Part shown: piece by piece, positions 46,307 to 58,701 of the stretch
How the letters are laid out: every line of letters begins with the position of its first letter
How positions within the stretch are numbered: position 1 is the first letter of the stretch
Assembly (NCBI RefSeq): GCF_001677475.2
Contig: NZ_CP015229.1
Source of the DNA: Escherichia coli
Lineage (GTDB): Bacteria > Pseudomonadota > Gammaproteobacteria > Enterobacterales > Enterobacteriaceae
Length of the DNA: 64,000 nucleotides
Reading direction: 5' to 3' (one strand)
Notes under the pieces: model-generated
The model's database searches: none
Seen by the model: the letters and a program-made list of their open reading frames with translations, nothing else
What the model was told of the DNA's origin: nothing
Program-made: the position numbers and the translations under genes

Positions 46307-47446
46307 ATGATCGATTATGAAGTATTGCGTTTTATCTGGTGGCTGCTGGTTGGCGTTCTGCTGATTGGTTTTGCAGTCACTGACGGTTTCGACATGGGGG
46401 TGGGCATGCTCACCCGTTTCCTCGGTCGTAACGACACCGAGCGTCGAATTATGATTAACTCCATTGCTCCACACTGGGACGGTAACCAGGTTTGGCTGAT
46501 CACCGCGGGCGGCGCACTCTTTGCTGCCTGGCCGATGGTCTATGCTGCTGCGTTCTCCGGCTTCTATGTGGCGATGATTCTCGTGCTGGCGTCTTTGTTC
46601 TTCCGTCCGGTCGGTTTTGACTACCGCTCCAAGATTGAAGAAACCCGCTGGCGTAACATGTGGGACTGGGGCATCTTCATTGGTAGCTTCGTTCCGCCGC
46701 TGGTAATTGGTGTAGCGTTCGGTAACCTGTTGCAGGGCGTACCGTTCAACGTTGATGAATATCTGCGTCTGTACTACACCGGTAACTTCTTCCAGTTGCT
46801 TAACCCGTTCGGCCTGCTGGCAGGCGTGGTGAGCGTAGGGATGATCATTACTCAGGGCGCGACTTATCTGCAGATGCGCACCGTGGGCGAACTGCACCTG
46901 CGTACCCGTGCAACGGCTCAGGTGGCGGCACTGGTGACACTGGTCTGCTTCGCACTGGCTGGCGTATGGGTGATGTACGGTATCGATGGTTATGTCGTGA
47001 AATCGACAATGGACCATTACGCAGCCTCTAACCCGCTGAATAAAGAAGTGGTTCGTGAAGCTGGCGCATGGCTGGTTAACTTCAACAACACGCCAATTCT
47101 GTGGGCTATTCCGGCACTGGGTGTGGTTCTGCCGCTGCTGACCATCCTGACTGCACGTATGGATAAAGCCGCATGGGCGTTTGTGTTCTCCTCCCTGACG
47201 CTGGCCTGCATCATCCTGACTGCCGGTATCGCAATGTTCCCGTTTGTGATGCCGTCCAGCACCATGATGAACGCAAGTCTGACAATGTGGGATGCAACTT
47301 CCAGCCAGCTGACACTTAACGTCATGACCTGGGTTGCGGTGGTTCTGGTACCGATCATTCTGCTCTACACCGCCTGGTGTTACTGGAAAATGTTCGGTCG
47401 TATCACCAAAGAAGATATTGAACGTAACACCCACTCTCTGTACTAA
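46307..47446 (+). CDS. cydB: cytochrome bd-I ubiquinol oxidase subunit II
   Basis: 379-aa ORF. Confidence 0.97.
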   Translation: MIDYEVLRFIWWLLVGVLLIGFAVTDGFDMGVGMLTRFLGRNDTERRIMINSIAPHWDGNQVWLITAGGALFAAWPMVYAAAFSGFYVAMILVLASLFFRPVGFDYRSKIEETRWRNMWDWGIFIGSFVPPLVIGVAFGNLLQGVPFNVDEYLRLYYTGNFFQLLNPFGLLAGVVSVGMIITQGATYLQMRTVGELHLRTRATAQVAALVTLVCFALAGVWVMYGIDGYVVKSTMDHYAASNPLNKEVVREAGAWLVNFNNTPILWAIPALGVVLPLLTILTARMDKAAWAFVFSSLTLACIILTAGIAMFPFVMPSSTMMNASLTMWDATSSQLTLNVMTWVAVVLVPIILLYTAWCYWKMFGRITKEDIERNTHSLY

Positions 47447-47460
47447 GTAAGGAGCTAAAA

Positions 47461-47574
47461 ATGTGGTATTTCGCATGGATTCTGGGAACGCTTCTTGCCT
47501 GTTCGTTTGGGGTAATCACCGCGCTGGCGCTTGAGCACGTCGAATCAGGCAAAGCCGGTCAAGAAGACATCTGA
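47461..47574 (+). CDS. cydX: cytochrome bd-I small subunit CydX
   Basis: 37-codon ORF MWYFAWILGTLLACSFGVITALALEHVESGKAGQEDI, absent from the ORF track because of size; stop overlaps ybgE start. Confidence 0.9.
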   Translation: MWYFAWILGTLLACSFGVITALALEHVESGKAGQEDI

Positions 47575-47867
47575 TGAGTAAGATTATCGCAACCTTGTAT
47601 GCGGTAATGGACAAGCGCCCCCTGCGGGCGCTTTCCTTCGTGATGGCGCTTCTGTTAGCAGGATGTATGTTTTGGGACCCATCACGTTTTGCCGCGAAGA
47701 CCAGTGAACTGGAAATCTGGCATGGTTTATTGCTGATGTGGGCCGTCTGTGCTGGTGTGATTCACGGCGTGGGCTTTCGTCCGCAGAAGGTTCTTTGGCA
47801 AGGGATTTTTTGCCCATTGCTTGCCGATATTGTTCTCATTGTCGGGCTGATTTTCTTCTTCTTTTAA
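47574..47867 (+). CDS. ybgE: cyd operon protein YbgE
   Basis: 97-aa membrane ORF. Confidence 0.9.
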   Translation: MSKIIATLYAVMDKRPLRALSFVMALLLAGCMFWDPSRFAAKTSELEIWHGLLLMWAVCAGVIHGVGFRPQKVLWQGIFCPLLADIVLIVGLIFFFF

Positions 47868-48016
47868 ATCAGAATTCTCTTTAAAAAATTATGGGCCGCT
47901 CCAGGCCCATAAATTTTTACGCTCCCTTAACTTGCCCTCATTCCCAAACCTCAATCGCGCGCGTATAGTAGCAGCGTTTAAAAGCTCTAACTTTTGTTGC
48001 ATTACCGGGATGTAAA

Positions 48017-49110
<1,094 letters not shown>

Positions 49111-49113
49111 GCC

Positions 49114-49542
49114 ATGGCCAGAGCGCGTGGACGAGGTCGTCGCGATCTCAAGTCCGAAATCAACATTGTACCGTTGCTGGACGTACTGCTGGTGCTGTTG
49201 CTGATCTTTATGGCGACAGCGCCCATCATCACCCAGAGCGTGGAGGTCGATCTGCCAGACGCTACTGAATCACAGGCGGTGAGCAGTAACGATAATCCGC
49301 CAGTGATTGTTGAAGTGTCTGGTATTGGTCAGTACACCGTGGTGGTTGAGAAAGATCGCCTGGAGCGTTTACCACCAGAGCAGGTGGTGGCGGAAGTGTC
49401 CAGCCGTTTCAAGGCCAACCCGAAAACGGTCTTTCTGATCGGTGGCGCAAAAGATGTGCCTTACGATGAAATAATTAAAGCACTGAACTTGTTACATAGT
49501 GCGGGTGTGAAATCGGTTGGTTTAATGACGCAGCCTATCTAA
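49114..49542 (+). CDS. tolR: Tol-Pal system protein TolR
   Basis: 142-aa ORF, ExbD family. Confidence 0.96.
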   Translation: MARARGRGRRDLKSEINIVPLLDVLLVLLLIFMATAPIITQSVEVDLPDATESQAVSSNDNPPVIVEVSGIGQYTVVVEKDRLERLPPEQVVAEVSSRFKANPKTVFLIGGAKDVPYDEIIKALNLLHSAGVKSVGLMTQPI

Positions 49543-49606
49543 ACATCTGCGTTTCCCTTGCTTGAAAGAGAGCGGGTAACAGGCGAACAGTTTTTGGAAA
49601 CCGAGA

Positions 49607-50872
49607 GTGTCAAAGGCAACCGAACAAAACGACAAGCTCAAGCGGGCGATAATTATTTCAGCAGTGCTGCATGTCATCTTATTTGCGGCGCTGATCTGGA
49701 GTTCGTTCGATGAGAATATAGAAGCTTCAGCTGGAGGCGGCGGTGGTTCGTCCATCGACGCTGTCATGGTTGATTCAGGTGCGGTAGTTGAGCAGTACAA
49801 ACGCATGCAAAGCCAGGAATCAAGCGCGAAGCGTTCTGATGAGCAGCGCAAGATGAAGGAACAGCAGGCTGCTGAAGAACTGCGTGAGAAACAAGCGGCT
49901 GAACAGGAACGCCTGAAGCAACTTGAGAAAGAGCGGTTAGCTGCTCAGGAACAGAAAAAGCAGGCTGAAGAAGCCGCAAAACAGGCCGAGTTAAAGCAGA
50001 AGCAAGCGGAAGAGGCGGCAGCGAAAGCGGCGGCAGATGCTAAAGCGAAGGCCGAAGCGGATGCTAAAGCTGCGGAAGAAGCAGCGAAGAAAGCGGCTGC
50101 AGACGCGAAGAAAAAAGCAGAAGCAGAAGCCGCCAAAGCCGCAGCCGAAGCGCAGAAAAAAGCCGAGGCAGCCGCTGCGGCACTGAAGAAGAAAGCGGAA
50201 GCGGCAGAAGCAGCTGCAGCTGAAGCAAGAAAGAAAGCGGCAACTGAAGCTGCTGAAAAAGCCAAGGCAGAAGCTGAGAAGAAAGCGGCTGCTGAAAAGG
50301 CTGCAGCTGATAAGAAAGCGGCAGCAGAGAAAGCTGCAGCCGACAAAAAAGCAGCAGAAAAAGCGGCTGCTGAAAAAGCAGCAGCTGATAAGAAAGCAGC
50401 GGCAGAAAAAGCCGCCGCAGACAAAAAAGCGGCAGCGGCAAAAGCAGCAGCTGAAAAAGCCGCTGCAGCAAAAGCGGCCGCAGAGGCAGATGATATTTTC
50501 GGTGAGCTAAGCTCTGGTAAGAATGCACCGAAAACTGGGGGAGGGGCGAAAGGGAACAATGCTTCGCCTGCCGGGAGTGGTAATACTAAAAACAATGGCG
50601 CATCAGGGGCCGATATCAATAACTATGCCGGGCAGATTAAATCTGCTATCGAAAGTAAGTTCTATGACGCATCGTCCTATGCAGGCAAAACCTGTACGCT
50701 GCGCATAAAACTGGCACCCGATGGTATGTTACTGGATATCAAACCTGAAGGTGGCGATCCCGCACTTTGTCAGGCTGCGTTGGCAGCAGCTAAACTTGCG
50801 AAGATCCCGAAACCACCAAGCCAGGCAGTATATGAAGTGTTCAAAAACGCGCCATTGGACTTCAAACCGTAA
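49607..50872 (+). CDS. tolA: Tol-Pal system protein TolA
   Basis: 421-aa ORF with long Ala/Lys/Glu-rich helical domain II. Confidence 0.96.
   Translation: MSKATEQNDKLKRAIIISAVLHVILFAALIWSSFDENIEASAGGGGGSSIDAVMVDSGAVVEQYKRMQSQESSAKRSDEQRKMKEQQAAEELREKQAAEQERLKQLEKERLAAQEQKKQAEEAAKQAELKQKQAEEAAAKAAADAKAKAEADAKAAEEAAKKAAADAKKKAEAEAAKAAAEAQKKAEAAAAALKKKAEAAEAAAAEARKKAATEAAEKAKAEAEKKAAAEKAAADKKAAAEKAAADKKAAEKAAAEKAAADKKAAAEKAAADKKAAAAKAAAEKAAAAKAAAEADDIFGELSSGKNAPKTGGGAKGNNASPAGSGNTKNNGASGADINNYAGQIKSAIESKFYDASSYAGKTCTLRIKLAPDGMLLDIKPEGGDPALCQAALAAAKLAKIPKPPSQAVYEVFKNAPLDFKP
50020..50480 (+). repeat. degenerate tandem repeats encoding the TolA domain II Ala/Lys-rich helix
   Basis: Repeated gcagc(a/g)ga(a/g)aaagc(g/a)gc(t/a)gc(t/a)ga units (KAAAEKAAADKKAA...). 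Confidence 0.8.
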
Positions 50873-51004
50873 TCGCGATGTTGACTGTTCCGACGGTCAA
50901 CATCAGGCACCGGTTGCCACGGGGTTCTGGTAGTTTTGTGTATTTTAGTTTGTTAACATTCTGCTAAATTATCGTGGGCCATCGGTCCAGATAAGGGAGA
51001 TATG

Positions 51005-52297
51005 ATGAAGCAGGCATTACGAGTAGCATTTGGTTTTCTCATACTGTGGGCATCAGTTCTGCATGCTGAAGTCCGCATTGTGATCGACAGCGGTGTAGAT
51101 TCCGGTCGTCCTATTGGTGTTGTTCCTTTCCAGTGGGCGGGTCCTGGTGCGGCACCTGAAGATATTGGCGGTATCGTTGCTGCTGACTTGCGTAACAGCG
51201 GTAAATTTAATCCGTTAGATCGCGCTCGTCTGCCACAGCAGCCGGGTAGTGCGCAGGAAGTTCAACCAGCTGCATGGTCTGCGCTGGGTATTGACGCTGT
51301 GGTTGTCGGCCAGGTCACTCCGAATCCGGACGGCTCTTACAATGTTGCTTATCAACTTGTTGACACTGGCGGCGCACCGGGTACTGTACTTGCTCAGAAC
51401 TCGTACAAAGTGAACAAGCAGTGGCTGCGTTATGCTGGTCATACCGCTAGTGACGAAGTATTTGAAAAACTGACCGGCATTAAAGGTGCGTTCCGTACCC
51501 GTATTGCCTACGTTGTTCAGACCAACGGCGGTCAGTTCCCGTATGAACTGCGCGTATCTGACTATGACGGTTACAACCAGTTTGTCGTTCACCGTTCACC
51601 ACAGCCGCTGATGTCTCCGGCGTGGTCACCGGATGGTTCTAAACTGGCTTATGTGACCTTCGAAAGCGGTCGTTCCGCGCTGGTCATCCAAACGCTGGCA
51701 AATGGCGCTGTACGTCAGGTGGCTTCATTCCCACGTCACAACGGCGCACCTGCATTCTCGCCAGACGGCAGCAAACTGGCATTTGCCTTGTCGAAAACCG
51801 GTAGTCTGAACCTGTACGTAATGGATTTGGCTTCTGGTCAGATCCGCCAGGTGACTGATGGTCGCAGTAACAATACCGAACCGACCTGGTTCCCGGACAG
51901 CCAGAACCTGGCATTTACTTCTGACCAGGCCGGTCGTCCACAGGTTTATAAAGTGAATATCAACGGCGGTGCGCCACAACGTATTACCTGGGAAGGTTCG
52001 CAGAACCAGGATGCGGATGTCAGCAGCGACGGTAAATTTATGGTAATGGTCAGCTCCAATGGTGGGCAGCAGCACATTGCCAAACAAGATCTGGCAACGG
52101 GAGGCGTACAAGTTCTGTCGTCCACGTTCCTGGATGAAACGCCAAGTCTGGCACCTAACGGCACTATGGTAATCTACAGCTCTTCTCAGGGGATGGGATC
52201 CGTGCTGAATTTGGTTTCTACAGATGGGCGTTTCAAAGCGCGTCTTCCGGCAACTGATGGACAGGTCAAATTCCCTGCCTGGTCGCCGTATCTGTGA
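51005..52297 (+). CDS. tolB: Tol-Pal system beta-propeller protein TolB
   Basis: 430 aa from [21 protein letters not shown]. Confidence 0.96.
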   Translation: MKQALRVAFGFLILWASVLHAEVRIVIDSGVDSGRPIGVVPFQWAGPGAAPEDIGGIVAADLRNSGKFNPLDRARLPQQPGSAQEVQPAAWSALGIDAVVVGQVTPNPDGSYNVAYQLVDTGGAPGTVLAQNSYKVNKQWLRYAGHTASDEVFEKLTGIKGAFRTRIAYVVQTNGGQFPYELRVSDYDGYNQFVVHRSPQPLMSPAWSPDGSKLAYVTFESGRSALVIQTLANGAVRQVASFPRHNGAPAFSPDGSKLAFALSKTGSLNLYVMDLASGQIRQVTDGRSNNTEPTWFPDSQNLAFTSDQAGRPQVYKVNINGGAPQRITWEGSQNQDADVSSDGKFMVMVSSNGGQQHIAKQDLATGGVQVLSSTFLDETPSLAPNGTMVIYSSSQGMGSVLNLVSTDGRFKARLPATDGQVKFPAWSPYL

Positions 52298-52307
52298 TAA
52301 TAATTAA

Positions 52308-52853
<546 letters not shown>

Positions 52854-52862
52854 GAGAATTGC

Positions 52863-53654
52863 ATGAGCAGTAACTTCAGACATCAACTATTGAGTCTGTC
52901 GTTACTGGTTGGTATAGCGGCCCCCTGGGCCGCTTTTGCTCAGGCACCAATCAGTAGTGTCGGCTCAGGCTCGGTCGAAGACCGCGTCACTCAACTTGAG
53001 CGTATTTCAAATGCTCACAGCCAGCTTTTAACCCAACTCCAGCAACAACTCTCTGATAATCAATCCGATATTGATTCCCTGCGCGGTCAGATTCAGGAAA
53101 ATCAGTATCAACTGAATCAGGTCGTGGAGCGGCAAAAGCAGATCCTGTTGCAGATCGACAGCCTCAGCAGCGGTGGTGCAGCGGCGCAATCAACCAGTGG
53201 TGATCAAAGCGGTGCGGCGGCATCAACGACGCCGACAGCTGATGCTGGTACTGCGAATGCTGGCGCGCCGGTGAAAAGCGGCGATGCAAACACGGATTAC
53301 AATGCAGCAATTGCGCTGGTGCAGGATAAATCCCGCCAGGATGACGCAATGGTGGCATTTCAGAATTTCATCAAAAATTACCCTGATTCAACTTACCTGC
53401 CAAACGCCAATTATTGGCTGGGTCAGTTAAACTACAACAAGGGTAAAAAAGATGATGCGGCGTACTATTTTGCTTCGGTAGTAAAAAACTATCCGAAGTC
53501 ACCAAAGGCTGCAGATGCGATGTTTAAAGTCGGTGTCATCATGCAGGACAAAGGTGACACCGCAAAAGCGAAAGCCGTATACCAGCAGGTTATCAGTAAA
53601 TACCCTGGTACTGATGGCGCTAAACAGGCACAAAAACGTCTGAACGCGATGTAA
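52863..53654 (+). CDS. cpoB: cell division coordinator CpoB (YbgF), TPR protein
   Basis: 263-aa ORF, signal peptide, coiled coil and TPR region. Confidence 0.93.
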   Translation: MSSNFRHQLLSLSLLVGIAAPWAAFAQAPISSVGSGSVEDRVTQLERISNAHSQLLTQLQQQLSDNQSDIDSLRGQIQENQYQLNQVVERQKQILLQIDSLSSGGAAAQSTSGDQSGAAASTTPTADAGTANAGAPVKSGDANTDYNAAIALVQDKSRQDDAMVAFQNFIKNYPDSTYLPNANYWLGQLNYNKGKKDDAAYYFASVVKNYPKSPKAADAMFKVGVIMQDKGDTAKAKAVYQQVISKYPGTDGAKQAQKRLNAM

Positions 53655-53737
53655 TGCATAACACACGACCAGAAGTCGCATTATTTCTGGTCGTGTCGTG
53701 CGAATCATAAGCAGTTGAGTGATCTACATCGAAATTT

Positions 53738-53776
53738 TTGTTGCGCTCAAGTCTGAAATCAGTAATATATGCCGCC
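53738..53776 (+). promoter_or_regulatory. candidate sigma70 promoter of the lysT tRNA operon
   Basis: TTGCGC (-35, 53741-53746), 16-nt spacer, TAATAT (-10, 53763-53768), GC-rich discriminator GCCGCC; about 45 nt before lysT. Confidence 0.4.
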
Positions 53777-53818
53777 GTTGCCACGGGATATCAAACAAAC
53801 CGAAAGCAACGAAAAAGT

Positions 53819-53894
53819 GGGTCGTTAGCTCAGTTGGTAGAGCAGTTGACTTTTAATCAATTGGTCGCAGGTTCGAATCCTGCACGACCCACCA
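53819..53894 (+). tRNA. lysT: tRNA-Lys (anticodon UUU)
   Basis: 76-nt sequence GGGTCGTTAGCTCAGTTGGTAGAGCAGTTGACTTTTAATCAATTGG...CACGACCCACCA. Confidence 0.97.
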
Positions 53895-54029
53895 ATCGCT
53901 AAGGTGGAAGCGGTAGTAAAACGTGAAGGATAACGTTGCGTCAGCAACGGCCCGAAGGGCGAGACGAAGTCGAGTCATCCTGCACGACCCACCACTAACA
54001 TAGTTAGTTGTAGTATCCAGCGTAGTATC

Positions 54030-54105
54030 GGGTGATTAGCTCAGCTGGGAGAGCACCTCCCTTACAAGGAGGGGGTCGGCGGTTCGATCCCGTCATCACC
54101 CACCA
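54030..54105 (+). tRNA. valT: tRNA-Val (anticodon UAC)
   Basis: 76-nt sequence GGGTGATTAGCTCAGCTGGGAGAGCACCTCCCTTACAAGGAGG...CACCCACCA. Confidence 0.97.
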
Positions 54106-54107
54106 CC

Positions 54108-54183
54108 GGGTCGTTAGCTCAGTTGGTAGAGCAGTTGACTTTTAATCAATTGGTCGCAGGTTCGAATCCTGCACGACCCACCA
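54108..54183 (+). tRNA. lysW: tRNA-Lys (anticodon UUU)
   Basis: identical Lys tRNA sequence, 2 nt after valT. Confidence 0.97.
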
Positions 54184-54234
54184 CTAATTACGGTGGGTTC
54201 GGTGGAAGTAGTTTGTAGTATCCAGCGCAGTATC

Positions 54235-54310
54235 GGGTGATTAGCTCAGCTGGGAGAGCACCTCCCTTACAAGGAGGGGGTCGGCGGTTCGATCCCGTCA
54301 TCACCCACCA
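54235..54310 (+). tRNA. valZ: tRNA-Val (anticodon UAC)
   Basis: identical Val tRNA sequence. Confidence 0.97.
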
Positions 54311-54313
54311 CTC

Positions 54314-54389
54314 GGGTCGTTAGCTCAGTTGGTAGAGCAGTTGACTTTTAATCAATTGGTCGCAGGTTCGAATCCTGCACGACCCACCA
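54314..54389 (+). tRNA. lysY: tRNA-Lys (anticodon UUU)
   Basis: identical Lys tRNA sequence. Confidence 0.97.
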
Positions 54390-54535
54390 ATTTTAACATC
54401 AAACTCAGATGTTAAGCGTGAAGGATAACGTTGCGCCAGCAACGGCCCGTAGGGCGAGCGAAGCGAGTCATCCTGCACGACACACCAATTTTAAAGATTG
54501 GTTCCGAGTAGAAATCTTTCAGGTAACACCCGTAT

Positions 54536-54611
54536 GGGTCGTTAGCTCAGTTGGTAGAGCAGTTGACTTTTAATCAATTGGTCGCAGGTTCGAATCCTGC
54601 ACGACCCACCA
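54536..54611 (+). tRNA. lysZ: tRNA-Lys (anticodon UUU)
   Basis: identical Lys tRNA sequence. Confidence 0.97.
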
Positions 54612-54644
54612 TCCTGAATGATTAAAGCAGCATAATCCCGCAAG

Positions 54645-54720
54645 GGGTCGTTAGCTCAGTTGGTAGAGCAGTTGACTTTTAATCAATTGGTCGCAGGTTC
54701 GAATCCTGCACGACCCACCA
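54645..54720 (+). tRNA. lysQ: tRNA-Lys (anticodon UUU)
   Basis: identical Lys tRNA sequence. Confidence 0.97.
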
Positions 54721-54724
54721 ATGT

Positions 54725-54751
54725 AAAAAAGCGCCCTAAAGGCGCTTTTTT
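54725..54751 (+). terminator. intrinsic terminator after lysQ
   Basis: aaaaaagcgccctaaaggcgctttttt hairpin with flanking A/T runs. Confidence 0.8.
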
Positions 54752-54880
54752 GCTATCTGAGATATTCAAAGATTCGAACCTGCAGCAGGTTCGAGTTGAG
54801 CGCAGCGAAACAACGGAGCCGCTCGCGGCGACGGCCCGAAGGGCGAGCGAAGCGAGTCATCCTGCACGACCCACCAATGC

Positions 54881-54907
54881 AAAAAAGCGCCCTAAAGGCG
54901 CTTTTTT
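54881..54907 (+). terminator. second copy of the same terminator (tandem duplication)
   Basis: Identical hairpin aaaaaagcgccctaaaggcgctttttt preceded by a tRNA 3'-end-like fragment. Confidence 0.7.
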
Positions 54908-55063
54908 GCTATTCAGGCATCTCTCAATTTCAATTCTTGACCCTGATGACATACTCCGCGCTTGCTGCGTAAACAACTCTACGTCGGAGGAATAAGACGC
55001 AAAGTGTGGCATTCGGCATCTCATACGTAATTCGAGTGACTTTTCCCCACCATTCGACTATCT

Positions 55064-55081
55064 TGTTTAGCATATAAAACA
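55064..55081 (+). promoter_or_regulatory. candidate NadR operator in the nadA promoter
   Basis: tgtttagcatataaaaca, near-palindrome resembling the TGTTTA-N6-TAAACA NadR box, ~75 bp upstream of nadA start. Confidence 0.5.
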
Positions 55082-55153
55082 AATTTCACCGATAACAGCG
55101 AATATTACGCTCATGTCGGTTTTAACGTTAAGCCTGTAAAACGAGATGGTAAG

Positions 55154-56197
55154 ATGAGCGTGATGTTTGATCCAGACACGGCGATTTATCCTTTCCCCCC
55201 GAAGCCGACGCCGTTAAGCATTGATGAAAAAGCGTATTACCGCGAGAAGATAAAACGTCTGCTAAAAGAACGTAATGCGGTGATGGTTGCCCATTACTAT
55301 ACCGATCCCGAAATTCAACAACTGGCAGAAGAAACCGGTGGCTGTATTTCTGATTCTCTGGAAATGGCGCGCTTCGGTGCAAAGCATCCCGCTTCTACGT
55401 TGTTAGTCGCTGGGGTGAGATTTATGGGAGAAACCGCCAAAATTCTCAGTCCGGAAAAAACAATTCTGATGCCGACACTTCAGGCTGAATGTTCACTGGA
55501 TCTCGGCTGCCCTGTTGAAGAATTTAACGCATTTTGCGATGCCCATCCCGATCATACTGTCGTCGTCTACGCCAACACTTCTGCTGCGGTAAAAGCGCGG
55601 GCAGATTGGGTGGTAACTTCAAGCATTGCCGTCGAACTTATTGATCATCTGGATAGTTTGGGTGAAAAAATCATCTGGGCACCCGACAAACATCTGGGAC
55701 GTTACGTGCAAAAACAGACGGGCGCAGACATTTTATGCTGGCAGGGTGCCTGCATTGTGCATGATGAATTTAAGACTCAGGCGTTAACCCGCTTGCAAGA
55801 AGAATACCCGGATGCTGCCATACTGGTGCATCCAGAATCACCGCAAGCTATTGTAGAGATGGCGGATGCGGTCGGTTCCACCAGTCAACTGATTGCTGCT
55901 GCGAAAACATTGCCACATCAGCGACTTATCGTGGCAACCGATCGGGGTATTTTCTACAAAATGCAGCAGGCGGTGCCAGATAAAGAGTTACTGGAAGCAC
56001 CAACCGCGGGTGAGGGCGCAACCTGCCGCAGCTGCGCGCATTGTCCGTGGATGGCCATGAATGGCCTTCAGGCCATCGCAGAGGCATTAGAACAGGAAGG
56101 AAGCAATCACGAGGTTCATGTTGAGGAAAGGCTGCGAGAGAGGGCGCTGGTGCCGCTCAATCGTATGCTGGATTTTGCGGCTACACTACGTGGATAA
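55154..56197 (+). CDS. nadA: quinolinate synthase A
   Basis: 347-aa ORF. Confidence 0.96.
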   Translation: MSVMFDPDTAIYPFPPKPTPLSIDEKAYYREKIKRLLKERNAVMVAHYYTDPEIQQLAEETGGCISDSLEMARFGAKHPASTLLVAGVRFMGETAKILSPEKTILMPTLQAECSLDLGCPVEEFNAFCDAHPDHTVVVYANTSAAVKARADWVVTSSIAVELIDHLDSLGEKIIWAPDKHLGRYVQKQTGADILCWQGACIVHDEFKTQALTRLQEEYPDAAILVHPESPQAIVEMADAVGSTSQLIAAAKTLPHQRLIVATDRGIFYKMQQAVPDKELLEAPTAGEGATCRSCAHCPWMAMNGLQAIAEALEQEGSNHEVHVEERLRERALVPLNRMLDFAATLRG

Positions 56198-56234
56198 CGA
56201 ATAATAAGGCGTAACGTTACGCTTTGGGGGAAAG

Positions 56235-56954
56235 ATGGATTTTTTTAGTGTGCAGAATATCCTGGTACATATACCAATAGGGGCAGGCGGTTATGATCTC
56301 TCATGGATCGAAGCGGTAGGCACGATCGCCGGGTTGCTGTGTATTGGCCTTGCCAGTCTGGAGAAGATCAGCAACTACTTCTTTGGCCTGATCAACGTCA
56401 CCTTGTTTGGCATTATTTTCTTTCAGATTCAGCTGTATGCCAGCCTGCTATTACAGGTGTTTTTCTTTGCCGCGAATATTTACGGTTGGTATGCGTGGTC
56501 GCGACAAACCAGTCAGAACGAGGCGGAGTTGAAAATTCGCTGGTTGCCATTGCCGAAGGCGCTAAGCTGGTTGGCGGTTTGCGTTGTTTCGATTGGTCTG
56601 ATGACGGTATTTATCAATCCGGTGTTTGCATTTTTGACCCGCGTGGCAGTCATGATCATGCAAGCATTAGGATTACAGGTTGTGATGCCTGAACTGCAAC
56701 CGGACGCTTTCCCGTTCTGGGATTCATGCATGATGGTGTTATCTATCGTGGCAATGATTCTGATGACGCGTAAGTATGTGGAAAACTGGCTGTTGTGGGT
56801 GATTATTAACGTAATTAGCGTCGTTATTTTTGCACTTCAGGGCGTTTACGCCATGTCTCTGGAGTACATCATCCTGACCTTTATTGCCCTTAACGGCAGC
56901 CGGATGTGGATCAACAGCGCACGCGAAAGAGGTTCACGCGCGCTGTCCCATTAA
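56235..56954 (+). CDS. pnuC: nicotinamide riboside transporter
   Basis: 239-aa membrane ORF downstream of nadA. Confidence 0.95.
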   Translation: MDFFSVQNILVHIPIGAGGYDLSWIEAVGTIAGLLCIGLASLEKISNYFFGLINVTLFGIIFFQIQLYASLLLQVFFFAANIYGWYAWSRQTSQNEAELKIRWLPLPKALSWLAVCVVSIGLMTVFINPVFAFLTRVAVMIMQALGLQVVMPELQPDAFPFWDSCMMVLSIVAMILMTRKYVENWLLWVIINVISVVIFALQGVYAMSLEYIILTFIALNGSRMWINSARERGSRALSH

Positions 56955-57892
56955 TGGTGATGATGTGAATGGCCAGACACCCCTTCATTCAGGTGGCAGT
57001 CTGGCCCATGACAAGGTTGATATTCCATCTGAATAGTGGCGTGCTCAATCTGATAGTGATCCATCAGGTAGTGTTGGATCTGATCTAACAAGGCATCGTG
57101 ATCGTGTGGCGGGATCACCTGCACATGCAGCGTCATCACCGGCTTCTCGCCTACCATCCATACATGTACATGGTGCACATTGCGGACTTCCGGGATTTCC
57201 CGGCACATACGACGCTTCAGTTCAGCGATATCCAGCGATACCGGTGCACCTTCAAGTAATTCATTCACGCTATCTTTCAACAGTCGCCACGCGCTACGCA
57301 GAACCAGAAGCGACACCAGTATTGAGAGAATGGGGTCAGCAGGTGTCCAGCCGGTCCAGATAATAATCAACGCGGCAATAATAGCCCCAACCGAACCCAG
57401 CAGGTCCCCGAGCACATGCAGTGCCGCTGCTCGCACGTTGAGGTTTTTCTCTTCGCTGCCGTGATGAAGTAACCAGAAAGAAAGTATATTTGCCAGCAGC
57501 CCAGCCACGGCAATTGCCATCATCATGCCGCCCTCGACCGGACGCGGAGTGCGGAAGCGTTCTATCGCCTCCCAGACAATCAAAATAGTAATCACCACCA
57601 GGGCGATGGCATTCACAAACGCCGCGAGCGTGGTCAATCTTAGCCAACCGAAAGTGTGGCGAATGGTGGGAGGACGACGGGAAAATTGTACTGCGAGTAG
57701 GGCGAAAAGCAGGGCGGCAGTATCGGTCAACATATGACCCGCATCGGCCAGCAATGCCAGAGAACCGGAAAGAAAACCACCAATGACTTCTACGAGCATA
57801 AACCCGGCAGTCACGCCGAAAGCATACAACAAGCGACGAGCATTATTATCTTCTGGCAGGTGTGAGGACGTGTGTGAGTGTGAGTGCGCCAT
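56951..57892 (-). CDS. zitB: zinc efflux cation-diffusion facilitator
   Basis: 313-aa ORF, His-rich termini, CDF motifs; 4-bp convergent overlap with pnuC. Confidence 0.95.
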   Translation of the reverse strand: MAHSHSHTSSHLPEDNNARRLLYAFGVTAGFMLVEVIGGFLSGSLALLADAGHMLTDTAALLFALLAVQFSRRPPTIRHTFGWLRLTTLAAFVNAIALVVITILIVWEAIERFRTPRPVEGGMMMAIAVAGLLANILSFWLLHHGSEEKNLNVRAAALHVLGDLLGSVGAIIAALIIIWTGWTPADPILSILVSLLVLRSAWRLLKDSVNELLEGAPVSLDIAELKRRMCREIPEVRNVHHVHVWMVGEKPVMTLHVQVIPPHDHDALLDQIQHYLMDHYQIEHATIQMEYQPCHGPDCHLNEGVSGHSHHHH

Positions 57893-58005
57893 GACGAGTC
57901 ATCCCTTAATTATTCTCACTTAACTTTATGACATCATACTGCTTTTAGAAGGGAAAAATTAAAAGGGAGAGACTCCGCTCTCCCATTATTGGCTATTTCG
58001 CAGGG

Positions 58006-58386
58006 TTACTGCGTGGTACCGTCGGTTTTGGTATCGACATCATTGTTGATGCCATCACCGGTTTGGACTTTTTTATTGATATCCGGGCAGCGACCATCTT
58101 TGCACATGGTGTTCTTGTGCTCTTCATCTTTGGTCATGCCGTCATTGTTCATTGAAGAACCATCCGGATGCAGCATTGTGCCGCCAGAACCGGTATTTAC
58201 CCCGTTATTGTCGACGTTATTTGGCGCGACATTTTCACGGGCATCAGGGGCTACCTGGCCCGCATCAGCTGCGGCGTTTGCCTGGCCGTTATTGCTTTGC
58301 GCTCCGCTATCGGCAGCCAGTGCGGCACCGCTGGCAAGGCTTAGAGTGGCAGTCAAAAATAGTGTGGCCAGTTTTGTCATTTTCAT
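58006..58386 (-). CDS. ybgS: secreted Asn/Gly/Asp-rich protein YbgS
   Basis: 126-aa ORF with signal peptide. Confidence 0.9.
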   Translation of the reverse strand: MKMTKLATLFLTATLSLASGAALAADSGAQSNNGQANAAADAGQVAPDARENVAPNNVDNNGVNTGSGGTMLHPDGSSMNNDGMTKDEEHKNTMCKDGRCPDINKKVQTGDGINNDVDTKTDGTTQ

Positions 58387-58613
58387 AGGATGCTCCTGTT
58401 ATGGTCGTTATGTCGGATAACCTCTTCCAACAGTGCATTTGCAGGTGAATATAAGGCAATGGTTTAAGATTTCAGCCAGGCAAAGATACCCAGCAGAGAA
58501 TCTTGAAATAATTAACAAACAAAGGAGTTACAGTTAGAAATTGTAGGAGAGATCTCGTTTTTCGCGACAATCTGGCGTTTTTCTTGCTAATTCCAGGATT
58601 AATCCGTTCATAG

Positions 58614-58631
58614 TGTAAAACCCCGTTTACA
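58614..58631 (+). promoter_or_regulatory. TyrR box in the aroG promoter
   Basis: tgtaaaaccccgtttaca matches TGTAAA-N6-TTTACA exactly, ~70 bp upstream of aroG start. Confidence 0.75.
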
Positions 58632-58701
58632 CATTCTGACGGAAGATATAGATTGGAAGTATTGCATTCACCAAGATAAGTATGGCAACACTGGAACAGA
58701 C

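Noticed and set aside
49945-50619. Ala-rich 224-aa ORF and Leu/Pro-rich 154-aa ORF on the minus strand within tolA
   Set aside because: Artefacts of the repetitive GC-rich tolA domain II sequence; reverse frames of a tandem repeat stay open by chance.
53819-54720. Possible CRISPR array (regularly spaced identical ~76-bp repeats)
   Set aside because: The repeats are complete tRNA-Lys and tRNA-Val genes with cloverleaf structure and CCA ends; no cas genes and no leader.
54660-54995. 111-aa ORF spanning lysQ and the duplicated terminator
   Set aside because: Overlaps a tRNA gene and two terminator hairpins; its internal repeat is just the duplicated non-coding unit.
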